A DNA stretch of 64,000 nucleotides, taken from NCBI GenBank assembly GCA_951406725.2, contig OX597820.1, positions 19,034,001 to 19,098,000 of the forward strand, in the 5' to 3' direction. The translations under genes were made by a program, and so were the position numbers. This document shows positions 1 to 14,316 of the stretch, in pieces. The stretch comes from Octopus vulgaris (taxonomy: Eukaryota). A model generated the notes under the pieces. The model was not told where the DNA came from. It ran no database searches and saw only the letters and a list, made by a program, of their open reading frames with translations. The number at the start of each line of letters is the position of its first letter. The stretch's first letter is position 1.

Positions 1-733
1 AATTAAGTACCAGTTACGCACTGGGGTCGATGTAATCAACTTAATCTGTTTGTCTGTCCTTGTTTGTCCCCTCTGTGTTTCGGTTTGGTACTTATTCCGT
101 CAGTCTCTTTCGCTGAACCACTGAGTTACAGGACATAAACAAACCAACACTGATTGTCAAGCAGTGGGGGACAAATGGAGAAAAAAATCACACACACACA
201 TGCACCAATTTATCTGTCTGTCAATCCATCCATCCGTGTGTATGTGTGTGTATGTGTGAACAAACAGAAGGCTTCCACACAGTTTCCATAATTCACTCAC
301 AAGGCATGGATTATCCCAGGGCTATAGTAGAAGACACTACTTGTGGGTAGTAAAGAAATATATAACCATATTTAATAGTATTTATTTTATCGACACCAGG
401 AGGACAAAAGATTTAGTTAAAACTCCAAAAGGATTTGAACTCTGACCAGTGAGGTACCAGATGCCATTATGAAATGCATATTCAGGTATTCAACAGTCTT
501 GGCTTCTTTCCACGGTGTTCTTCATTAACCGTGTATAGTGAGAAAGTAGCAACGAGTTGTTGAATGTTGGTTTAATGAACACATCATGCTGGTTTTCTTC
601 GTTTAAATGAAAAGTTGCTTAATTGTGGATAATGATCATATTAATTGAGTCGATCGCCAAAAACAAGAAATTTAACGTCATGTCAAGTAACTGAAGTGAA
701 AGTCAAGATTACGGTTATAGGCATGCAAAGATT

Positions 734-734
<1 letters not shown>

Positions 735-779
<45 letters not shown>

Positions 780-1732
780 CACATACACAAATATATATTT
801 ATATGTATATATACATATTTAAATACATATATGCATATATATATATATATACACGCATATACACATATATATACACACATATAAGATGTATATATACATA
901 CCTATGAATATATATATGTGTGTATATATAGATGTATATATATGTGTGTGTATATATATAGGATGTATATATATATATGTATATACATATATATGTGCAT
1001 ATATATATGTGCATATATATATGTATATATATACATAAATATATGTATATATATACATAAATATATGTATATATATGCATATATATACATATATATGTAT
1101 ATATATATATACATATATATGTATATATATATATGTATATATATGTATATGTATACATATATATGTATATATGTATACATATATATGTATATATGTATAC
1201 ATATATATGTATATATGTATACATATATATGTATATATGTATACATTTATATGTATACATATATACGTATATATATACATATATATGTATATGTATACAT
1301 ATATATGTATATATATACATATATATGTATATGTATACATATATATGTATATGTATACATATATATGTATATATATACATATATATGTATATGTATACAT
1401 ATATATGTATATGTATATGTATATATGTATACATATATATGTATATATGTATACATATATATGTATATATATACATATATATGTATATGTATACATATAT
1501 ATGTATATGTATACATATATATGTATATATGTATACATATATATGTATATATGTATACATATATATGTATATATGTATACATATATATGTATATATGTAT
1601 ACATATATATGTATATATGTATACATATATATGTATATATATACATATATATATGTATATACATATATATATATGTGTATGCACACACACACACACACAT
1701 CTATCTATCTATCTATCTATATATATATATAT
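735..1732. repeat. Compound (CA)/(TA)/(TATG) microsatellite; similar tracts at ~13050-13462, 20180-20630, 21385-21505, 29919-30570, 37870-38560, 47700-48050, 54812-55025 and 58550-58830
   Basis: Low-complexity alternating purine-pyrimidine sequence. Confidence 0.95.
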
Positions 1733-2226
1733 GCATTCATTCAGTGTATAGGACAAATTGGTTGACTAATTAAAAATCATAAACTTTGATCTTCGTAAGC
1801 TCAGTGTTTCACATAGTGATAAATTAGCTTTTAGATGAACATAAAAAAAGAAAATAAAAGAAAGCTGAAATATTACTGAATGAACTGCTTACTATATTTA
1901 CCATTGAGCAATTAGACAACTTGGAGGAATATAGTAAGAAAATATTTATAAATCTTATTATGTGGATAATGAATCTCATACATCAGGCTAGTTATCAAAA
2001 ACTAAATAATAACCGCATAATTATTACTTAAGCCCTTTGTTCTCTAATGAGCGTAGGTGTTTGATGATTTATCTTCCCTTAGTACAATCTAGTTGTTGAC
2101 TCTGAACTGTACTAAGATCTCTTGTTTTGCTTTTCTTGGTAACTTTCTCTGTGAAACAAATAACTTGGTTGTATGACAATGTTGCTCTTTACAACCATCG
2201 AGTGATGTCAAGATAAGGGTAGCTAC

Positions 2227-2547
2227 CAGGGCTGTGGAGTTGGAGTCAGAGTCGTGGAGTCAGAATTAGAGTCATGGAGTTTGAGTCAGAGTCGTGGAGT
2301 CGGAAACAATTAGGGGGTAGCTGGAGTTAGAGTCAGTAAAACTCTGACTCTGACTCACAGTATCTTTATTCTTTAATATAAACCAGTTAATAACATATAG
2401 GCCTACTCAAAGTACAAGTGCATGCATATGCTTTATGAGATATGCAGACCACAATCGCTTTAATTACATAAAGAGGAGTCAGAGTCGAAGGTACCTATAG
2501 TAGATGAGTCAGAGTCAAAGTTTTTTTGTTTCGACTCCACAGCCCTG
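2227..2547. mobile_element. hAT-like MITE with GGAGTC/GAGTCA subterminal repeats
   Basis: TIRs CAGGGCTGTGGAGT / ACTCCACAGCCCTG; 8-bp TSD GTAGCTAC / GTACATAC (6 of 8 match). Confidence 0.8.
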
Positions 2548-2764
2548 GTACATACAGAAACGCACACATATACATGACTGGTTTCTTTCAATTTCCATCT
2601 ACCTAATCCACTCATAAAGCCTGGGGCTCAAATAGAAGACACTTGATCAAGGTACCACATGTGGGACTGAACTCACTCTAAATTGTCATTGATGCTTGGG
2701 TTACTTTGCTTTTCTCATAGTGGAGGTACTGGCCCTTCAAAAAACCCATTTTATCTCCTTCGAG

Positions 2765-3470
2765 CGAATCGACCCAAGACTTATTCTTTGTAAGCCTAGT
2801 ACTTATTCTACCGGTCTCTTTTGCTGAACCGCTAAGTTACGGGGACGTAAACACACCAGCATTGGTTGTCAAGTGATGTTGGGAGGGACAAACATATACA
2901 CAAACATACACACATATCTCTCTATATATAAACGGCAGTTTGTCTGTGTGTGTTTCTGTGTGTCTGTTAGCTTGTACCCTCACCCTGGTCACGGCTTTCA
3001 ACCGATTCTGATGAAACTTGACACACACATAGCCCAATGCCATAATTCAAAACTAACGCAGAGAAAATTTTGAAAAGTTCCCCCAGTTCTGAAAAAAAAT
3101 CGATAAATTCGACATGGGGTCGAGAATCAGAAACACAAACCACAGACTGTCTAGGGGACGCAACTCGACCGTTTTAACTCTCAAAAAAAAATTTACCATA
3201 ATTTTTTTTCCATTTTTTTTTTGCTATAACTCTCTAAAAATGCTTTATAGTTATTTCCCTTACAAACCCGAGCAACGCCGGGCGATACTGCTAGTATAGA
3301 TATATACAACAGGCTTCTTTCAGTTTCCGTCTACCAAATCCATTCACAAGGCTTTGGTCGGCCCGAGGCTATAGTAGAAGACACTTGCCTGAGGTGCCAT
3401 GCAGTGGGACTGAACCCAGAACCATGTGGTTCGTAAGCAAACTACTTACCACATGGCCACTCCTACGCCT
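2765..3470 (-). mobile_element. SINE-A hosting the Helitron
   Basis: Matches 31700-32094 on either side of the insertion. Confidence 0.85.
2917..3294 (+). mobile_element. Non-autonomous Helitron inserted in the microsatellite of a SINE-A copy
   Basis: 5' TC(TCTCTATATATAAA), subterminal hairpin CCCGAGCAACGCCGGG, 3' CTAG, inserted between A and T with no TSD. Confidence 0.85.
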
Positions 3471-4174
3471 ATTTATCTTTGTTCACTGTAACTATTGAGA
3501 ATAAGTATCAGGTCATCTAGTGCAATTTATTTCTCATCTGCTTCAGGCCATAATAAGTTTTGTTGAGCTTCTGAGCCATAACATCTTTTTTGTCTCCCTT
3601 ATTAAAGGACCATGAGAAATCACCAGTAATCGTATTAAGAAAAATAGCAATTTCAATCATCATCATCATGACCTGGTCAAGCTTGCTTGGACATTTTTTT
3701 AACTTGTGCATGCCATCCATCAGTCCTGCATTAGCTGAGGGAGGTCTTCTGGGAGGCATCCAGTCTCTCTGGTGAGTTGAACTACATTCATTGTGTCCAG
3801 ACAACCTGTTTGAGTGTAGATGCTATAAATCTCCTTTAGGATATTGCTGTTGGTGTTTGGCCCTTAGCCAGTCCTTAATTGAGCAAACCTATAATGAAAT
3901 CAATTCAAATCCTAACCATCCTCTTTCTTTTGTTTTGCTTTGGCACAGCCCTTTTGGCACCACTGATGCTGACTTGTTTGACATTAGACGTTTTTAATGT
4001 TACCCTTGTTTCTTTTTTCCCTCCCTCTCTTTTTTTCTATTTATGTGTGCGAGCATATTTCTGTTCATGTGTATGAAAAGACAGAAGGTCTTTATTTTTT
4101 TGTCAGTTGTGTTCAATTAATAATTCTGAATTATTTTCATTCTGTAAAGCAATTTTAATAAATAGTCTTTTTAA

Positions 4175-4396
4175 CCCTTTTGTTACCATATTTCTTTTGA
4201 GATGCTCTGTGTTTCTTTCAATTAATTCTAAATATAACAAAGAATTTAGTAAAATAACTTAGTTATCATTCAGCTAGTGTTAGGAACATAAACTGTGAGT
4301 AAGGTTTGGTGGAAGATTATAATTCAAAACTTTCAAAAACAAGATATTTGTACTATAGAGCCAGAAGCGGTTTCATGCAGGTTGGTGACGAAACGG
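4175..4396. mobile_element. piggyBac-like MITE, family E
   Basis: TTAA-CCCTTTTGTTACCA...TGGTGACGAAACGG-TTAA; further copies at 7214-7836 and 61903-62119. Confidence 0.8.
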
Positions 4397-4783
4397 TTAA
4401 TTCATCAATTTACAATTGTTTCAGGAAGAAAAGAGAAAAAAAAAACCGTTAAAAGAATAAACAAATTAAACTATCAAGAACAAAACCCAGAATTCAGTGA
4501 GAAAAGAAAGAAAAAATAAGGAAGTGGATTAAGCAACAAAAGATGGTGGTGGTGGTGGTGGTGGAGGGGTGCAGTTGCACAACCCAGTCCAAATGGTGTA
4601 TTCAACCATGCCCTGCAGACATAACTGCAGGAGCATTTCTGTGGAGAATGGCCAGCAACGCTTGCTGCAACAACCATTCCACCATATGTGGTTCACTTTT
4701 CAGATGAATGTCTGTTATTCTGATTTTGTTGAAGAAATCAGCAGTGAGAGATCAAAGAACACCTGAAATCTTGATGGCAGCCT

Positions 4784-4836
<53 letters not shown>

Positions 4837-4912
4837 TTATATCTACATTTCTCTGCACATGTGCAGGTGTGTGTTTATCTCCAGCATTAAAAATTACCGT
4901 TATCAAAACAGG

Positions 4913-5045
4913 ATGACTGTTCTGTCAGTGGTGCCAAATTGTCATCATCCAAACAGCTCCAACCAACTGTCTCATTCCAGCATCCAAGACCCCTACTATT
5001 CAATGTGTTCTTCATCTTCCAAGACTAGGGTGTGGTTTCTATCAG
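4913..5045 (+). other. Candidate ATG-bearing exon (44 codons, MTVLSVVPNCHHP...WFLS, phase-1 donor)
   Basis: Non-repetitive, GC-richer island, open frame and CAG|GTGAAT donor. No homology recognised. Confidence 0.2.
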
Positions 5046-6482
5046 GTGAATAACAAGCAAGTAACTATCTATCGAGATCGTACCTTTAATTTTTTGCAAT
5101 GATTCTGTGTGTCCCCCCCCCAATGGTGGCACATACAAATTTTGATTTTTTAATTTTGAATTTTACAACCATATCTAAAGTTGGTTGAGCTTTCAATTAT
5201 AAAAATCAGGCTTTAATTTCTGTGATTTTTCCATTGTAAGAATCGGCTATTATTATTGTTAAGAATTTCATAGAAGGTCGTAATATTGAGGATTTTAAAG
5301 AGTCGCCCAACCATTGCAAATACATTCAATATAACTCTTAATTAAAATTTTAATTTAATTGTACATGTATTGATTATAAATGTTGGAAGAAGTAAATTCA
5401 TTCTTAAGACTAAGAGCAAGAGTGACTACTTTGTTATTAATTAACTTCTAAATAACAAAACCAGTTCAAATATTTGGAAGTTCTACAAGGCTGCAGAGAT
5501 TAATAACGCCGCTTTGATGGTTCTCTACAGAAAATTGCATGATATTAGAAATGTACTTAGTCTTACTGTTATAATAATATTTGAGAAATAATTTTCATTT
5601 TCTATTTTTTTCTCACACAGTTCCTTACAAAATCATTCCCTTCACCATCATTTTATCTATATTATAAAAAATTGTCTCGTAATATCTGAAGTTATTTCCA
5701 TAGCTTATTATTTTTTTTTACTTAAATAATTAACTTGAAGAGTCATGGCATTGTTCTTCTCCCGACAGTTTGGTTAACTTAACCATTTCAGACGTCTTAC
5801 GGTTTGAGACGCCATGTGAATTTTTGCTTATTAAGTTACCTACTGGAGATTGATTCTCAGACACTGCCTTCGAACATACATAGATTTAATGGTTCCATCA
5901 TCGGAATTTATGGTAAAAAACAAATTTTTTTTTTTTTTTTTTTTTTAGAAAAATCTAAAGAATATTTATTGCTAAAACAATAATACTGCATTACATTACT
6001 GAAATAAATTTTCTTACTTTTCACATATCTACTTTGTATTGATCATATAAGGTCGAAATAATCATTTCATGTTGTGCTCTTTAGTCGTACTTGCTTTAAA
6101 AGATATAGCTTCTATTAAAAAAAAACCCACAAAAAAGGTACTATTATCTTTTCCGATCAGTATCGCTATTGCTACCATTTTATCTATTTTTTTTTTAAGT
6201 ATGGCTATCTTAAACTATAAGGCTATACAGACAGGTTTGTGTGCTATAAAACAATTCTGTTAAGCTACATATACGCTTTACTTTTTTATTTTTTTTAATA
6301 GGCAGGCATTTACTTTTTGTCTGGTTAGTTTGAAATTTAAATGAATCTGGCATATCATTAGAGACCTTTCAATTATTTAGTTTTTATTAGCAACTTAACT
6401 TGAGAAAAGGGATATCTTTAAACATTTGTCTAGCATCAGTTTTTCTCATACTATAGCATGGGTTAGTCAAGGATGTATTTAA

Positions 6483-6703
6483 CCCTTTACTGTTCGCATT
6501 ATTCTGCCAAAATTAATGCTTAATTATCCACATTGTTTTGAACTAATCATGCATTATCTTGTAGCTATGAGATTTTGATGAAGTAGCTGTTAATTTTTTA
6601 AAAGATAATGTAGGGTTGGTGTGAGAGACCAGTTCTGGCCAGTTTGAACATAAAACAGGCAGAATACTTTTGGCCAGATATGGCCGGTATAAATGCTAAA
6701 GGG
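6483..6703. mobile_element. piggyBac-like MITE, family D
   Basis: TTAA-CCCTTTA...TAAAGGG-TTAA; near-identical to 42813-43033. Confidence 0.85.
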
Positions 6704-7213
6704 TTAAGGTAAGGATTTCATGACTGGATGCTCTTCCAGTTTACTAACCATTACCTGTTTTTTTGAGTAAGAGATTTCTTATTCCACGGGCCTTCAAAAA
6801 CACAGAGCAACCAGTCATAATGCCAACAAAGAATGTCAATATATTACTGTTTTGCTCATGTGATGACAGCACTTGTGCATATTTGCACACAGGAGTGGCT
6901 GTGTGGTAAGTAGCTTACTTACCAACCACATGGTTCTGGGTTCAGTCCCACTGCGTGGCACCTTGGGCAAGTGTCTTCTACTATAGCCTCGGGCCGACCA
7001 AAACCTTGTGAGTGGATTTGGTAGACAGAAACTGAAAGAAGCCCGTCATATATACATGATGGATAGGCATGAGGACCAAATTGAAGACAGCAAATTTGGC
7101 TTTATTTTTACCAACCTCCCCCTTTTCTGAGAATCAAATTCTGAAGTTGGCACATAACTGTGCCAACACCTACAAGTTATCTACACTTCTTCATTGTTAA
7201 GAACTGGCATTAG

Positions 7214-7836
7214 CCCTTTTGTTACCAACCTGGCTGAAACCGGCTCTGCCTCTGTAGTACAAATGTCTCGTTTTCATAAGTTTTGAATTAAAATCTTCCA
7301 CCAAAATTTAGTCACAATTTATGTTCCTAACACTAGCTGAATGATAACTAAGTTATTTTACTAAATTCTTTGTTATACTCTTTACTTGTTTCAGTCATTT
7401 GACTGTGGCCATGCTGGAGCACCACCTTTAGTCGAGCAAATCGACCCCAGGACTTATTCTTTGGGGGCCTAGTACTTATTTTATCGGTCTTTTTTGCTAA
7501 ACCGCTAAGATACGGAGACGTAAACACACCAGCATTAGTTGTCAAGCGATATTCGGGGGACAAACATAGACACAAACATATACACACACATACATATATT
7601 TATACATATATACAACGGGCTTCTTTCAGTTTCCGTCTACCAAATCCACTCACAAGGCTTTGGTCAGCCTGAGGCTACAGTAGAAGACATTTGCCCAAAG
7701 TGCCATGCAGTGTGACTGAACGCGGAACCATGTAGTTCGTGAGCAAGCTACTTACCACACAGCCACTCCTACGCCTTATATTTAAAAGTGATTGAAAGAA
7801 ACAGAGCATCTCAAAATAAATACCGTAATGAAAGGG
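7214..7836. mobile_element. Family E MITE interrupted by a SINE-A (7378-7775, minus strand)
   Basis: The two halves rejoin to match 4175-4396; TTATA is duplicated around the SINE. Confidence 0.8.
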
Positions 7837-9329
7837 TTAAATCTGTTTTTTAAGTGTTGCAATAATATGTATAATGATTTAAATGTGCAAAACCCTCCAA
7901 CTCTTATCGGTATCTTAAGCTGAAATTAAAAACAAAAAGAGAATTAATGATGACAAAACATCGTTAAAATTCAGCAATAATTTGAGATTATTCAGGATTT
8001 GAGATTTAGTCGTGATTTTACTGTGATACCCTGCTTATATCTTGAAAACGAAATGAAAAAGTAAATTAATTTCGTACTAATCTAGAGTCAGAGAATCATA
8101 TCTTTTCTCCTGTTTTTTAATCCTTTCTATTGTTTTGATGCAGCTGTGACATGTAAAACTGATTCCAAATTCCTGGTATTCATTCCTTTTTTTTTTTTCA
8201 GCACTATTTCTTTCTCTCACTTCCCTGAAAAAAAAAAAACCCCAACATATCAAGGAATACAATATGATCAATGAATATTTGGAATATTTCCAAAGATTTT
8301 AGATTTGAGAATCTCTATCAAACATAAATCTGGAGACAATATGACATGCTCATATCACTGCAACACACAAATATCTAGTATATATATTGACGGATCACAG
8401 AAAATTGTTTCAGACACCAAGAATTTTAGTTTGCCATGAAAGGAGAGAAAGAGAGAGAGAGAAAGACCGGGTGTGTGAAAGGAAAAAAAAAAATCTCTAG
8501 ATTCACATTCTTTAGTGAATTATTGTGGTAATCCAACAATTCTAAATCAATGTTGTGGCTTTTTTTATTTATGCAGAAAAAAGTTTAAAGCCACAATAAA
8601 AAAACAAAAAAAAAAATCATAACCTCCTCCCCCCCCATCTTATTTTAGAGTAACATTTTTTCTTTGTAAATTGCTTCTTTTTTTTTGTTTGTTTCCTCCT
8701 TCCTAATTTCCATGAATTCTTCTCAGTACATTCAAGGGTATGAGGGTACTCCATTGTATTGTCCTCAATGTATTAATAATGCCTAGTTTGAACGACCTTG
8801 GAGGGATAAAAAGCCAAATCAACTCTGGCGAGACTTCAACTCACAACTTTCATTAACGAAACTTGATATTTAATTTCTCTATTGTGTCTGCTATCTCAGA
8901 CCCTTGGTCCTGTAGTCAGCATTGTATAATTTGTAATTCTTTTCATGAAATCCTTATAGGACGCGGAAGTGTATTAAATTTCATCATCATCATCATCATC
9001 ACCACCACCACCACCACCATCGTCGTCATTATTATTAAAGGTGGTTGTGGTGGGGAAACAGGCAGAATTGTTGGGATGCCTGACAAAATGTTTAGCAGCA
9101 TTTTTACACTTTATACTCTGAGTTCAAATTCTGCTGAGGAGGGCTTTGCATTTCAACCAACCTTTTGGAGTTGATATAATTATATAATTGACTAGGTTCC
9201 TCCCCATAAAATTTTGAACACCTTACATTCTGAGTAGGGTAATATAAACACTGCAGAAACTAGGAAACAGGCCTTGTGAGAGAGACAATGGCTCAGGAAG
9301 GATCTTTGATTTTTATAAATAAATATATA

Positions 9330-9710
9330 GGCGCAGGAGTGGCTGTGTGGTAAGTAGCTTGCTTACCAACCACATGGTTCCGGGTTCAGTCCCACAGCGT
9401 GGCACCTTGGGCTGACCAAAGCTTTGTGAGTGGATTTGGTAGACGGAACCTGAAAGTAGCTCGTCGTATATATATATGTGTATGTGTGTGTATGTATGTG
9501 TTTGTGTGTCTGTGCTTGTCCCTCCGACATCACTTGATAACCGATGCTGGTGTGTTTATGTCTCTGTAACTTAGCGGTTCGGCAAAAAGAGACCAATAGA
9601 ATAAGTACTAGGCTTCTAAAGAAAAAGTCCTGGGGTCGATTTGCTTGACTAAAGGTGGTGCTCCAGCATGGCCACAGTCAAATGACTGCAACAGGTAAAA
9701 GAGTAAAAGA
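9330..9710 (+). mobile_element. SINE-A
   Basis: Colinear with 31700-32094. Confidence 0.9.
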
Positions 9711-10109
9711 ATATATATATGAAACTCAACTACGTTGGTCATGAATGACCATGGGAGTACCTAACAGGTTCTCTTCTGGGGTACAAGTCTGGGCGGAAAG
9801 TCCCCTCACTGGCAAACACACAACCTAGGGTTGTTTTTATGGAAGACCAACAGTCACCCATGCATGCCAGCCTCCCTTCTCTCTACGCCACCGATGTTAT
9901 CCAAGGGAAAGGCAAAGGAGCCGATACAACTTGGCACCAGTGATGTCACAACTCATTTCTACAGCTGAGTGAACTGAAGCAACTTGAAAATAAAGTGTGT
10001 TGCTCAAGAACACAACACGCAGCCCAGTCCAGGAATCAAACTCACTACCTCATGATCGTGTGCTCAATACTCTAACACTGAGAGCCACTGCCTGGTACTG
10101 CATCAGGGC

Positions 10110-10178
<69 letters not shown>

Positions 10179-11258
10179 CATTATTATTATTATTATTATC
10201 ATTAGTTTATTAGCCAAAGATCTTTTGTCACACATTCTGTGACCTCTTCAGTGACTTTCTGTTCCTTGTGTCTCTACTCCTCTCTGGTCTTGTCCTCTCT
10301 CTGTTCCATTTTGTCCTTCTAACGTCAGTACCTGTATGTGTGTCTACATGTTAAGTATGTGTATGTATGCTGTGTGTGTGTGTGTATATGAGTTTGTATC
10401 TTACATTGTTTGTACCTGTGACATTGTCTATTTTATTTTATTTTTATTTCTATTTTTACCCTTTCCTTGTTTCTTAAATCTTGCAAGAAATGAATTTTTT
10501 TTTTTAAATATAATTTCCTTTCCCAACATTTCATTCTAATTTCATAGCTTTGTAGAAGGTATTTGAAAGAAAGAAATTAGGTTATTGACCAAGAGGTCAT
10601 GTACTGGAATGGCACCATTTCTATTCTGTTGTATGTAGCCTTACAGAAACACATTACTTGGTTCAGTTTATCTGACAAGAAAAATAGGTGCTACTTTGGT
10701 ATCCTGATCAATTATGTATATCTGTCATTAAAATGGAACTTGCTAAGCTAATTCTTATCAAATCAAGGAATTCACAGAGCCAGTATTCGTCCCTAATTAC
10801 CTCTGCCTTATTGAATGATGGAAAAAGAGTTATCATTCTCTTGAGAGGTTGCTTAAGTAAGTTTTTATTGGATGTCAAAACCATCATTTCTACAGTACTT
10901 ACAACTACTTATAATGGTAAATTAACCATCTGTGACATCAACTAGGGATTCTTTACCTGGTTGCTTGAATTACTAGAAATAGCAGCCACATCTCTTGTCA
11001 AATTGTTCATACTGCCTCGAAAAACCAATATGACACATTGTAGATGTTTTAGGGACTGCTAAAAAGAATACAGGACAGTTCCGGCTGAAACACTGTTTGC
11101 TCATTGGCCTGGTCTGTCAATTAGGGCTTGCTTCCCATCCATGTGGTTTTGGGTTCAGTCCCACTGCGCAGCTACTTAGGCCAACCAAAGCCTCATGAAT
11201 GAATTTGGTAGACAATCAGCTAAAAAAGCCCCATTTGATTTGTGTGCTAGTGTTTGTG

Positions 11259-11321
<63 letters not shown>

Positions 11322-11324
<3 letters not shown>

Positions 11325-11541
11325 ATTTCTTTATTGCCCTCAAGAGGCTAAACATAGAGAGTACAAACAAGGACAGACAAAGGGATTAAGTCGATGACAT
11401 TGAACCCAGTGTGTAACTGGTATTTATTTAATTGACCCTGAAAGGATGAAAAGCAAACTCGACCTCAGCAGAATTTGAACTCAGAACATAACAGCAGACA
11501 AAATACTTGCCTGGCACGCTAACGATTCTGCCAGCTCACTG
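11322..11541 (-). mobile_element. SINE-B inserted in the (CTAT)n tract of an RTE-tailed SINE (11125-11825)
   Basis: Reverse complement of 49766-49997; other minus copies at ~19424-19655 and 21912-22143. Confidence 0.85.
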
Positions 11542-12192
11542 TCTATCTATCTGTCTGTCGTGTATATGGGTGTTTGTTTGTGGTGTGCCCTTGCCTTGAC
11601 ATTACATGATGGTTGTGAGTGAGCATCATCATCATACAAGTAAGATTGTTCTTTTGCAGTCTTCTGTGGAGAACATGTCTTCTGGCCATGGGGAGCTATT
11701 ACCTTGTTTGGAAACAGGCGAGGGTTGGTGACAAGAAGGGCATCCAGCTGTAGAAAATTTACTTCAACAAATTCCATCCAACCCATGCAAGCATGGAAAA
11801 GTGGACGTTAAATGATAATGATGACATACACACATACATCATTCATATATATATATATAATTTTTCAATCAAACCTCTTGCCATTTAACATGGTATCTCT
11901 TGACGATAATGTAACCTTCATTTGACTAAGGTATGTTTGGCCTGATGAATAGCTAGTGGAGTACTGCTCATTGAGTAATTACTACTTCTGAGGTTCTGCT
12001 AGCTACGAAACATATGTAGCCTGGATTTTATCTACTCTATTCCCTAAATTTGGATATGTATGTTGTCTACGGTATAAAGATTAGAGCTACTAATAGTTTT
12101 TTGTTATGAAGGCATGTGGTTAGGCAGGTTTTTTTTATAATGCACTTTGTGTCTCTAAATAGTCTTCAGTTAACAAAACACTAAACAATATA

Positions 12193-12250
<58 letters not shown>

Positions 12251-13391
12251 ATTTTACAAAAAGGAGAGATATTTTGATAGTTCTTTGATTTGGGTAATAG
12301 CTAAAGAGATATAATACTGAAATAAGTATTACCAGATTTAGACAATTCTTGTGGCATTTCGAGAAGAAACGCTTTTATCTTTTTACATTAAAAATCCAAA
12401 GTTCCAATATTCCAACCATACCTACTTTAGACACGGCTCATTTGCTTTCACTGAGATTTGGCCTGTGTCATATTGAAAAGCTACCTGTACAGATGTATAA
12501 TGCTTGCATCTCTGTGAAACACTATCTGAAAAATGGAAAGCGTTATGTACTTTGGTTATATACCTCTTGACCTATTAAATTGATACTAAATTCTTTCATA
12601 AAACATTGATTTATGCTAGTTTTCTGAACTTTGGTATTTCATTTGCAATTTTTGCTAAGATATTTCTAATAGTTCATCTGTAGCATCTCTTGGAATAGAT
12701 ATTTCTTTCCTAAATAGCATTAGTGTGATTTAAACTAATATTCTTGGAAAAGGTCACATTAAGCACAGTGATAGAGCAATAATTTAATACCTGAATCATC
12801 CGCTTATTTTTGTTGGTTTATTAAAAAATATATAACAATGCTTTAAAAGACAGCTTATAGCTAGCTTGATGTAAGATTAAGAACTTATTCCTGCACCTTC
12901 AGGCTATTACTACCGTGTCTTTTGTTTTTGGTTTGTGTGTGTGTGTTTCTTTTTATAACTATATGACAAGGATTCATTGATATGACAATTTTATCTTCTC
13001 TTCGTCACTTAATTGCCTTCAACATGAGGATAAAATCTTTAAATGAATTGACACACATATACACATGCATTTATAACTTCATATATATATATACACGCAC
13101 GCGCTCATACACATACATCTACATACATATATATATACATACACACAGACATACATACATATATACATACATTTACATATATACACACACATACATATAC
13201 ATATATAAATATACATATACATACACTTACATATATACATACATTTACATATACACACACACATATACATATATAAATATACATATACATACACCCACAT
13301 GCATGTACATATACATGTATATACATACACAAACACACATATATCTGTGTATATACATACATATATATATCTTTAATTTCTTTCTCTCTCT

Positions 13392-13466
<75 letters not shown>

Positions 13467-13964
13467 TAATTTATTTATCTTCCTTTTAGCAATTTCAAAT
13501 TTAGTTGAATGATTGAAGTCTTGGAGTTATTTGTTAAATTAAAAAAAACAGAAAAATGGAAAATTTTATCGCTTTGTGCATTATCACATGTTAGCTTCAT
13601 ACGTCAACTAGATTTAAGTTGTTAGTCTGTTTGTAAGATACTATAACATATATAATTGCTATGGAAATTATTTTGTTACATATTGAAAGTTTATATTTTC
13701 TTCATATTGATATTATATAGTAATTCATGCATGTTTATACAATTAATATTTTTTGCCTCATTTCTTCCCATTTCTTGCTTCATGCTGCAGCATTAAAGGC
13801 GGTGCTCCAGCATGGCCGCAGTCAAATGACTGAAACAAATAAAAGAGTAAAAGAGTAATATATTCTTCTGTAGTTTCTTTTGTCGATGTCATTGTCATCA
13901 TCATCATCATTTTACGTCCACTTTTCCAAGCTGGTGTGGGTTAGATGAATCGTCATAGTTTAAG

Positions 13965-14316
13965 TTATTACCTCCACTTTGCTAAGGTGGAGGTATTGTT
14001 TTCAGTTGTGTTTGTTTGTTTGTCCATGGACAAGATATCTCAAGAACTGCTGGATAGGTTTGGATGAAACTTTCAGGGATGTTTGGCCTCAGGACTGGCA
14101 TGAACTGATTAGATTTTGGGATCGATCTGGTACTGGTCAAGGATTCTGGATTATTTTCCCTGTTTTTTTTTTTTTTTACTTCATTTCTAAGAGTGGTCAG
14201 ATTCATTTGTGAGAGCAGTCAAGTTTATTTCATTTTAAAAACCATCTCCAGCTAATCATTGAGAGGATGTTGGTGTTGCCTTGGTGGAGGTTTGCCCTCT
14301 CTGAGTGCTCTTGTTT
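13965..14316 (+). mobile_element. Helentron/DINE-like (HINE) non-autonomous element
   Basis: 5' TTATTACCTCCAC with adjacent inverted copy GGTGGAGGTA, (GTTT)n microsatellite, 3' subTIR GGTGGAGGT and terminal hairpin GCCCTC..GAGTGC. Confidence 0.7.

Noticed and set aside
645-1773. Long Tyr/Ile/Cys/Val/His ORFs here and at 12982, 20170, 29809, 38075, 47598, 54758 and 58394
   Set aside because: Translations of (TA)/(CA)/(CTAT) microsatellites, which are stop-poor in all frames.
3007-3018. Isolated CTGATGA (also at ~11942 and 44302)
   Set aside because: No flanking stems with GAAA in hammerhead order; the first is a common Helitron internal motif.
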